The notes under the pieces: model-generated | Database searches by the model: none | What the model was told of the DNA's origin: nothing | What the model saw: the letters and a program-made list of their open reading frames with translations, nothing else | Translations under genes and position numbers: made by a program | Origin: Bdellovibrionia bacterium | GTDB lineage: Bacteria; Bdellovibrionota; UBA1018 | NCBI GenBank assembly: GCA_045805065.1 | Contig: JBJMMA010000043.1 | Coordinates: 1-12,371 of the forward strand | Direction: 5' to 3' | Length of the DNA: 12,371 nucleotides | Shown here: positions 1 through 5,800 of the stretch, in pieces | Layout: each line of letters opens with the position of its first letter | Position numbering within the stretch: position 1 is the first letter of the stretch

Positions 1-82
1 AACAACCGTTTGGGATGTCAGCTCCAAGGGAATGGCTGCTCAGGACATCAACAGCTTGGCTGAAGAACTGATCTATGGATGA
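1..82 (+). CDS. parA: ParA/Soj-family ATPase, C-terminal fragment (gene begins upstream of the window)
   Basis: Frame from base 2 reads TTVWDVSSKGMAAQDINSLAEELIYG* (TGA 80-82). This resembles the ParA C-terminal 'ti.ey...s.aa.dy..La.Eli' helix and lies directly upstream of a ParB gene. Only 26 codons are visible. Confidence 0.75.
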   Translation, partial: TTVWDVSSKGMAAQDINSLAEELIYG

Positions 83-171
83 ACAGGGCTAAACGCCAAA
101 TTTTTGACGCTCAAAGAGAGCGACTCGACCAATACACATCTCTTATTTAAGACTTACACGGAGAACTGAAA

Positions 172-1161
172 ATGCCTGATACAACGATTGAAAACAAAGG
201 TACGCAAGCCCAAACTGATAAGCCAACCGAGAAGGCCGTCGAAAAGAAAGAAGAAGGCTCGACCAAGGTAAAGACCCGCCAAGGAAGCGGTTACCTCAAG
301 CAGCTCTACTCCACCGCTCGCACCACGGCTGGCACCACTCACACGCACTTGAAAAACCTCACCACTTTCTTAGTGAACTTCGTCCCAACCGCAAACGTTG
401 ACGCCAGCGAGCTTCAAGTACGCGTACACTTTGATGACGCTGAGATCGCTGCTCTCTCTCACTCCATTAAAGAACACGGTGTTTTGCAGCCGATCTTGGT
501 CGTTCAAGACGGTGACCGCTATAAGGTGATCGCCGGTGAGCGCCGCCTAAGAGCTGCAAAGCTTGCAGGAATTGAGCGTATCCCAGCTCGCGTTCTCTCA
601 ACGGATGACAAGGCTACGCACGAAATCGCTCTTCGCGAAAACCTCGACCGCGTTGACCTCCATCCACTTGAAGAAGGCGAAGGATACGTCTCCCTCCTCG
701 AGGCACAGCTTTACACGAGCCACGAGACCATCGCAAAAGCGTTCGGAAAGCCAAAATCTCGCATCACCGAGTGCATCGGCTATACTCGGCTTCCAGAGAC
801 AACAAAGGCAGATCTTCAGTCTCGCGGACTCAGAAACCGTGCACTTCTCCGCCAACTTCTTGTGACACCTCCTGAGCAACACAAGGCGATGATCGAAGAA
901 GCTGCAGGCAAAGAAGAGGTCCTGACTCTTACCACTCCAAATGCCGAAACAACCGCTGAAACCAAGACAGCTGAGCCAAAAGCTCCAGCTCCTAAGCGCG
1001 AAGCGAAGCCTTTTGAGTACAGCACGAACAAAAAAGGAATTTCCGTTCCAGGCTTCAAATGGAAAGTCGGCGAAGGAAATGAAAAGCTTGAAGCTTACGC
1101 AGATGCTCTCCGCAAACTCCTCAACGAGATCGAAGAGCGCCTCACGTCTCCAAGAAAGTAA
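172..1161 (+). CDS. parB: ParB/RepB/Spo0J-family partition protein (CTPase domain + HTH), 329 aa
   Basis: LSHSIKEHGVLQPILV, IAGERRLRAAKLAG (GxRRxRA CTP-binding motif), ENLDRVDLHPLEE, then HTH-like HETIAKAFGKPKSRITECI. RBS GGAGA at 160-164 precedes ATG 172. Confidence 0.93.
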   Translation: MPDTTIENKGTQAQTDKPTEKAVEKKEEGSTKVKTRQGSGYLKQLYSTARTTAGTTHTHLKNLTTFLVNFVPTANVDASELQVRVHFDDAEIAALSHSIKEHGVLQPILVVQDGDRYKVIAGERRLRAAKLAGIERIPARVLSTDDKATHEIALRENLDRVDLHPLEEGEGYVSLLEAQLYTSHETIAKAFGKPKSRITECIGYTRLPETTKADLQSRGLRNRALLRQLLVTPPEQHKAMIEEAAGKEEVLTLTTPNAETTAETKTAEPKAPAPKREAKPFEYSTNKKGISVPGFKWKVGEGNEKLEAYADALRKLLNEIEERLTSPRK

Positions 1162-1186
1162 GAATTAAACACAGATCAATCCTAAG

Positions 1187-1216
1187 AAGCCCGGCCCAAA
1201 AAGCCGGGCTTTTTTT
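1187..1216 (+). terminator. Rho-independent terminator after parB, possibly bidirectional
   Basis: Perfect 9-bp stem AAGCCCGGC (1187-1195) / GCCGGGCTT (1203-1211), 7-nt loop, T-run 1210-1216. It sits between convergent genes, and AAGAAG on the left gives a weaker U-tract on the minus strand. Confidence 0.9.
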
Positions 1217-1883
1217 ATATGCAGGTCTTATTGGCGGGATCGTAAACTGCCGTTGGACTTGGGGTGACGCCGCTACTCATGCCTCCCGCGGTCTGACATG
1301 TTTGATCCTCAACCGTATATTTTTTCCCCGTCGCCTGATCGACTTTTGAGAACTTGGTAATGAAACAGGAGCTCAGGCTTGTTCCCGAGGCATTGGTCAG
1401 AAAATAGATCGGGAGCTCGCGGATCAGAAGCATGTTCCCTGATGAAAAAGTATGCGCAGTCACTCGGAGAAATCCCAATTGCCCAACCTGTCCTGAGGCA
1501 TTCGCAGGGCCAATGGGGGTTGAAGGACTGTTGAGACCGATTTCGATATTGTCGATCTTAAACCTGCCTTTATCGCCGCTTTTTAAAAACTCCGGCCCCT
1601 GTGTCGTTGGAATGGGCATGGAGTAATAGATCGTCAAGTTTTGCGTGTTCGGGCTGGAAGGAGAGCCCAGCGATACAAGACAACTATCTTTTCGACGGAG
1701 AATGGTGGCCATCTCAATGAACGTCTCATCTAGCTCGGCAATGGCCAATCTGGAGACTTCCTGGTTGATTCCCTTTTGAAAAAGAGGCAACAGCACCGCG
1801 CATACGACTGCAAGCACGGACATCATTATGAGCGCTTGAGTGATTGCAAATCCGGCTACGGGCTCGCGGGTTGATATGGCCAT
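1215..1883 (-). CDS. Type IV pilin-like (prepilin-type) protein, short paralog, about 222 aa
   Basis: Start moved from 1976 to ATG 1883 gives MAISTREPVAG|FAITQALIMMSVLAVVCAVLLPLF, a degenerate class III signal (Q at +5) plus hydrophobic helix. It shares 'E...IL.....C' and '(Y/W/F)DP....C' motifs with its two neighbours. Confidence 0.7.
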   Translation of the reverse strand: MAISTREPVAGFAITQALIMMSVLAVVCAVLLPLFQKGINQEVSRLAIAELDETFIEMATILRRKDSCLVSLGSPSSPNTQNLTIYYSMPIPTTQGPEFLKSGDKGRFKIDNIEIGLNSPSTPIGPANASGQVGQLGFLRVTAHTFSSGNMLLIRELPIYFLTNASGTSLSSCFITKFSKVDQATGKKYTVEDQTCQTAGGMSSGVTPSPTAVYDPANKTCI

Positions 1884-2827
1884 ATATTTACCAGTGCTGG
1901 CTTGAGCGTTCCGCAATTGACTGCGCAATTCGGCATCGGAACAAAATTGTAAGACGTGGAATAACTGCATACGCAATGTCCCGGATTGGATGGATCTTCC
2001 TTGGCATCATTGCCGGGATATATTTTTGTGACTGGCGTCGCCAAACCAACATAAGATTCGGTGACGGGAGGTCCTCCCCCAGAACCGTTCGCATTAAGGA
2101 CCTGACATCCAGTGAAATCCGTACCGACTGGACACGGACCTGCGGTGAACTGGTCCGGCCCTGGATAGGGAAGTACGTTGTACTTTGAAAGACACTTCTG
2201 CGTGACGGGATCAAAATACTCCTTATCGCCGGAGTTGAGCATGCAAACAAACTCTTCAAGCAAGGTAGAGCCCCCTGTAAACGGGTCCGTAAAGCAACGT
2301 ATGACCTGGCCAGTGGACGAGTCCGTCAGCATCGAGAAGGGGATCTCAGTCATCAGCACGCTGGCTCCGCTAGCGTTTGCACTTCGTGCTGCGCTGACCT
2401 CATAGGCCATCAGAAAAAGATTCGGGGCGACTTGCTGCTTTTTACGGACTAGTCCAGAAACAATGGTGAGTGCAGCATACTTGCTATTAACACTGCCAAT
2501 GGTGCTATCGGGACCGGTCATCGCGACCGGCGCACCGCTGCTGTAATCAAAGCGTTGGAGCGTGACCGGCTTTGGGATTGTAAAAGTATTTGGATCCGTT
2601 ACCGGAAAATTGGGCGTGCAGGTCTCGGCCGCGCTTAAGATAGTCTTGATTTCCGTCTTCAGATTGAAGAACTGAGCGGTTTGCTCGATTCCGAACTGGG
2701 CACGCCCGGAGTAGTTCATAAAAGTAGCGATCCCCATTACGCCAACACAGACCAGCGCAATGGCGACTAGCGTATCAACCACCGCGAATCCATTCGAATA
2801 TGCTGGGTTCGTTTCTACTTTCGTCAT
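1856..2827 (-). CDS. Type IV pilin-like (prepilin-type) protein with Cys-rich C-terminal domain, 323 aa
   Basis: MTKVETNPAYSNG|FAVVDTLVAIALVCVGVMGIATFM (G|F site, D at +5, hydrophobic helix). Ten Cys follow the helix. ATG directly abuts the upstream stop (TAA-ATG at 2830-2825). Colinear with 2828..3751. Confidence 0.78.
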   Translation of the reverse strand: MTKVETNPAYSNGFAVVDTLVAIALVCVGVMGIATFMNYSGRAQFGIEQTAQFFNLKTEIKTILSAAETCTPNFPVTDPNTFTIPKPVTLQRFDYSSGAPVAMTGPDSTIGSVNSKYAALTIVSGLVRKKQQVAPNLFLMAYEVSAARSANASGASVLMTEIPFSMLTDSSTGQVIRCFTDPFTGGSTLLEEFVCMLNSGDKEYFDPVTQKCLSKYNVLPYPGPDQFTAGPCPVGTDFTGCQVLNANGSGGGPPVTESYVGLATPVTKIYPGNDAKEDPSNPGHCVCSYSTSYNFVPMPNCAVNCGTLKPALVNIWPYQPASP

Positions 2828-3751
2828 TTAAAATGTCTTCAACTCACCGCAATTAATAGTACACCGCTCGCTTCCAGTCATTGTGTAATGACTGGCGTAG
2901 TAGCACTTGCAAACTTGAGAGGCGGAATCGAATTGAGACATAGCAAACAAGAAGCAACTCTGAACGGTGCCTCCGCCATAGTTATTGGTGGCGCAAATTT
3001 GACCGGGATAAGTGCTTCCTCCTCCCCCAGTTACCGTGCATGTGGAATGCGGAAGAGGAATCCAACCGCTTGGGCAACTAGGTGAAACGTCACTGGTTCC
3101 GGGCATTGGGTGAATGATGTATTTATAAACACACACTTTCAGATTAGGATCCCAAATGTAGTCCTCTCCCAGGGCGCAGACCACGTTTTCGACGTAATCA
3201 ACTTTGTCGCTGGAATCAGGTGCCGTGCACTCAATCAAAGTGCCCGATCCGTCAACCACTGCTGAAAAATCAATCGAGCCCTCGAGGATCGGAGCGCTAT
3301 AGGAATTGGCACCACGATCGACTGTGACAGTGTAGCCAAGAAGGTAGTGATTGACGGAAAGCTTTTGCTTTTGGAAAAGTTTGGCGGATACGATCTTGAG
3401 CGGCCCGTAGAATGTGCCCGGACTCACGAGGGTACCACCCAAAGTGAAATCGGTATTTACCCTGGGCAAATTCAACGCAAGTGCTGAGCTGTCAGGCGAA
3501 AACGGCAGCGTTCCTGGGTGAATAAGCAGAGGCTTTAGTGCCGCGGTACAAGCCTTTTGCGAATGCAGAATCGCTTTAAGCTCATTCATCAGATCACGAA
3601 GCTCAGCGCTCGTTGCGATTTTACGCTGCCCCTTTGACAAGATCTCAAAGCCCGAAGTGGCACCCAATACGCAAACTGCCAGCAGGGCAACCCCTACCAT
3701 CATCTCAATTAACGTAAAGCCTCTGTGGTTGAATGCTTTCTTCACATGCAC
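2828..3751 (-). CDS. Prepilin-type N-terminal cleavage/methylation domain protein with Cys-rich C-terminal domain, about 307 aa
   Basis: KKAFNHRG|FTLIEMMVGVALLAVCVLG is a canonical class III signal peptide (basic leader, G|F, E5). Twelve Cys follow the helix. GTG start at 3751, with an alternative GTG at 3745. Confidence 0.88.
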   Translation of the reverse strand: MHVKKAFNHRGFTLIEMMVGVALLAVCVLGATSGFEILSKGQRKIATSAELRDLMNELKAILHSQKACTAALKPLLIHPGTLPFSPDSSALALNLPRVNTDFTLGGTLVSPGTFYGPLKIVSAKLFQKQKLSVNHYLLGYTVTVDRGANSYSAPILEGSIDFSAVVDGSGTLIECTAPDSSDKVDYVENVVCALGEDYIWDPNLKVCVYKYIIHPMPGTSDVSPSCPSGWIPLPHSTCTVTGGGGSTYPGQICATNNYGGGTVQSCFLFAMSQFDSASQVCKCYYASHYTMTGSERCTINCGELKTF

Positions 3752-3850
3752 CTTGAGAAATTGGGGCGGTTAACGGGCCTGAGAAGAATGAATACATTGA
3801 TGAAACCGCTATGAGTCTATAGTTTATAGTTTAGGTCACCTATGCGGATT

Positions 3851-3859
3851 AGTATATCA
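3851..3859 (-). promoter_or_regulatory. Candidate extended -10 sigma70-type promoter for the pilin-like operon
   Basis: Minus strand reads TG-A-TATACT (TGnTATAAT-like) about 100 bp upstream of the first pilin gene in an AT-rich spacer. There is no convincing -35. Confidence 0.3.
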
Positions 3860-3958
3860 ACTAAAGATATGTAATTTAATATCTCTATCTTTCCGCCAGG
3901 ATACCTACTGCCTCATTCCGACAACAGGAGAGTACGGCAGGAGTGACAGCATTTTATT

Positions 3959-3985
3959 TATAGATTTTAGAGATTTATCCGAAAA
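3959..3985 (+). promoter_or_regulatory. Candidate sigma28 (FliA)-type promoter upstream of mscS
   Basis: TATAGATT-N11-TCCGAAAA versus consensus TAAAGTTT-N11-GCCGATAA (6/8 and 6/8 matches, exact spacing). It ends 21 bp before ATG 4007. Confidence 0.35.
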
Positions 3986-4006
3986 GCACCGTGGAGCTTT
4001 GTAACA

Positions 4007-5119
4007 ATGACACCACGGATGAGTCAGCCTTTAATTCCTGCCGATAAGATCGACTCGCTCATGCAGCTTGAGCCGATCTTAATGACGCTTGGTCTGATTT
4101 TCTCAGCCATGATCATCTACAAGGTTTTCCTGAGAGGTGTATCTGAGGAGCGCCATCGCAATCTGCGCGGACTTTTCAAAAACCTCAGCATGCACGTGCT
4201 CTTTGGCACGGTCACGTTTGCCTCTTACTATGCGATCTATCGCTTTAACGGAGAAAGCAACGATACGCTGGTTCGCGTAGCATCTTACATCGGGCTGATC
4301 ACAATCATCTCGTGGACAACGGTCTTCGTAAAAACCTGTCGCATTCTGTTGTTTGAATATCTTTTCATCAGTCACATGCGAAGCGGTGTGCCGCTCCTGC
4401 TTGTGAACATGTTCACGCTGCTCTTGACCTTGGTCCTGGGCGGTTGGCTTTTGACCGAAATTTTCGAAGTGAAGCTGGCTCCGCTTCTTGCGACGTCAGC
4501 GATCTTCTCGATCGTCCTCGGTCTTGCACTTCAGGATACGCTTGGAAATCTCTTCTCTGGCATCGCCATGACCTTTGATAAGCCTTATGAAATTGGCGAT
4601 TGGATTGAGATCACGCTCAATGGCCAGAAGTGGGTGGGACAGGTCCAAGAAATGTCCTGGCGCGCGACCGTCTTATTGGGCATCAGTGACGAATCGATTT
4701 CCGTTCCCAATCGTTTGATGGGCCAAACCCAGATTTCAAATTTCTCGACCAAAATCAGACCGATTTGGCGATCTCAACTTTTTCGCGTCGCGCATGGATC
4801 ATCAATCCCCGAGGTTAAGCGCGTACTGAGCGAGGCTGCCTCACGCGTTAAAAGTATTTTAAAGACCCCTACTCCTTACCCTTACGTTTGGGAAAGTAAC
4901 GAGTCTTTCATCACCTTTAAAATCGTGTACTGCATCACCGATTATGGAAGACAGTTTCTGATCGGAGATGAAGTCATAGCCGCAGGTAACGAGGCGCTCC
5001 AAAAGGCCGGCTTCGAACTCGCCCCATCTCGCATTTTGATCATGAGTGGCGATGCAAAAAACTCGGAAAATTCAGACGAAACGATGAAGTCAGACTCTCG
5101 CGTTCACACTGAAGCGTAA
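4007..5119 (+). CDS. Small-conductance mechanosensitive channel (MscS family), 370 aa
   Basis: About five N-terminal hydrophobic segments, then LGLALQDTLGNLFSGI..DKPYEIGDWIEI..GQVQEMSWRAT..SVPNRLM (TM3 and beta-domain signature). GGAG at 3993-3996. Alternative ATG at 4019. Confidence 0.93.
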   Translation: MTPRMSQPLIPADKIDSLMQLEPILMTLGLIFSAMIIYKVFLRGVSEERHRNLRGLFKNLSMHVLFGTVTFASYYAIYRFNGESNDTLVRVASYIGLITIISWTTVFVKTCRILLFEYLFISHMRSGVPLLLVNMFTLLLTLVLGGWLLTEIFEVKLAPLLATSAIFSIVLGLALQDTLGNLFSGIAMTFDKPYEIGDWIEITLNGQKWVGQVQEMSWRATVLLGISDESISVPNRLMGQTQISNFSTKIRPIWRSQLFRVAHGSSIPEVKRVLSEAASRVKSILKTPTPYPYVWESNESFITFKIVYCITDYGRQFLIGDEVIAAGNEALQKAGFELAPSRILIMSGDAKNSENSDETMKSDSRVHTEA

Positions 5120-5121
5120 AC

Positions 5122-5153
5122 GCATTGCAAATGCAGTCTGCAATCCATTGCAA
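5122..5153. promoter_or_regulatory. Cluster of TGCA-containing palindromes, candidate upstream activator (bEBP) sites
   Basis: TGCA at 5126, 5132, 5139 and 5149; CATTGCAA twice (5123, 5146); inverted repeats GCATT-gca-AATGC (5122-5134) and TGCAAT-cc-ATTGCA (5139-5152). Located 90-120 bp upstream of a sigma54-like site. Confidence 0.35.
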
Positions 5154-5240
5154 GGTCACGTAAGGCATCGATATCCGATTTGATTTTGGACTTTCCGCTA
5201 CCAGAGCGGATTCTGAGAAAGCCACTCTGAATGACTCAGG

Positions 5241-5256
5241 TGGCACACCTCCTGCT
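5241..5256 (+). promoter_or_regulatory. Candidate sigma54 (-24/-12) promoter for the PilZ gene
   Basis: TGGCACACCTCCTGCT matches TGGCAC-N5-TTGCW with exact GG-N10-GC spacing (GG 5242-5243, GC 5254-5255). It is intergenic and correctly oriented. Confidence 0.6.
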
Positions 5257-5323
5257 TAGAGCTGCGCGCGCCGACTATGAGCCCGGCGCCATGCGGAAAA
5301 CCGGTTCAAAGGGGGAAGTGAAG

Positions 5324-5800
5324 ATGGAACTCGATAGCGACGATATCCAAACTACGGTCACGGAAGAGATCAGGATGCGCCGAACCGAGCGTTACGCTTT
5401 TTTCCGTAAGGCGACCTGGGATTTCTTTACCGGTAGCACAGGAGTAAAACCTGGCTACATCATGAACATTTCTAAGAATGGATGCTTATTGAAAGCGAGC
5501 GATCCAATTGAGCATCGCCGCTGGGTTCGCATCGTCATTCACGACCACCACAGCAACGTTTCTTTCACTCAAATCGGACGCATCGTAAGACGCGAAGATA
5601 TTGTGGAATCGTTTGAGTCACCCGATACCGCAGGGGAGCATGATGTCACGCTCTACCGCTACGGTATCGAGTTTACTCATCCTGGATTTTTGTCCGATCA
5701 GGAAGACTTGATCTTGGCCTTGTCGAGCAAGAACTTGATGGTGCGTTCTTGTCTCAATCTGAATGACAAGTCTTCTTTGCGACCTGGATCGTTAGCGTAG
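5324..5800 (+). CDS. Stand-alone PilZ-domain protein (putative c-di-GMP receptor), about 158 aa
   Basis: RRTER (RxxxR), NISKNG ([D/N]xSxxG), GRIVR and terminal YGIEF strand. GGGGGAAG precedes ATG 5324; ATG 5291 is an alternative start. The 3' end overlaps tig. Confidence 0.85.
   Translation: MELDSDDIQTTVTEEIRMRRTERYAFFRKATWDFFTGSTGVKPGYIMNISKNGCLLKASDPIEHRRWVRIVIHDHHSNVSFTQIGRIVRREDIVESFESPDTAGEHDVTLYRYGIEFTHPGFLSDQEDLILALSSKNLMVRSCLNLNDKSSLRPGSLA

Noticed and set aside
1884..1976. ORF-track N-terminal extension of the third pilin-like gene
   Set aside because: It would overlap the upstream gene by 121 bp and put 42 residues before the G|F site; ATG 1883 gives a normal short leader.
3658..3673. 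Second GG-N10-GC sigma54-like site (TGGCACCCAATACGCA)
   Set aside because: It is inside the pilin coding region on the opposite strand, has a poor -12 element and is about 330 bp from mscS; likely chance.
1215..3751. Pilin cassette as a mobile island, shufflon or DGR target
   Set aside because: No recombinase, reverse transcriptase, flanking direct repeats or near-identical DNA repeats were seen; the paralogs are similar only at the protein level.
3908..3940. GC-rich hairpin CTGCC...GGCAG in the divergent spacer, considered as a c-di-GMP riboswitch or sRNA
   Set aside because: Only a 5-bp outer stem, and I could not find the conserved c-di-GMP-I/II riboswitch features. An Rfam cmscan would settle it.
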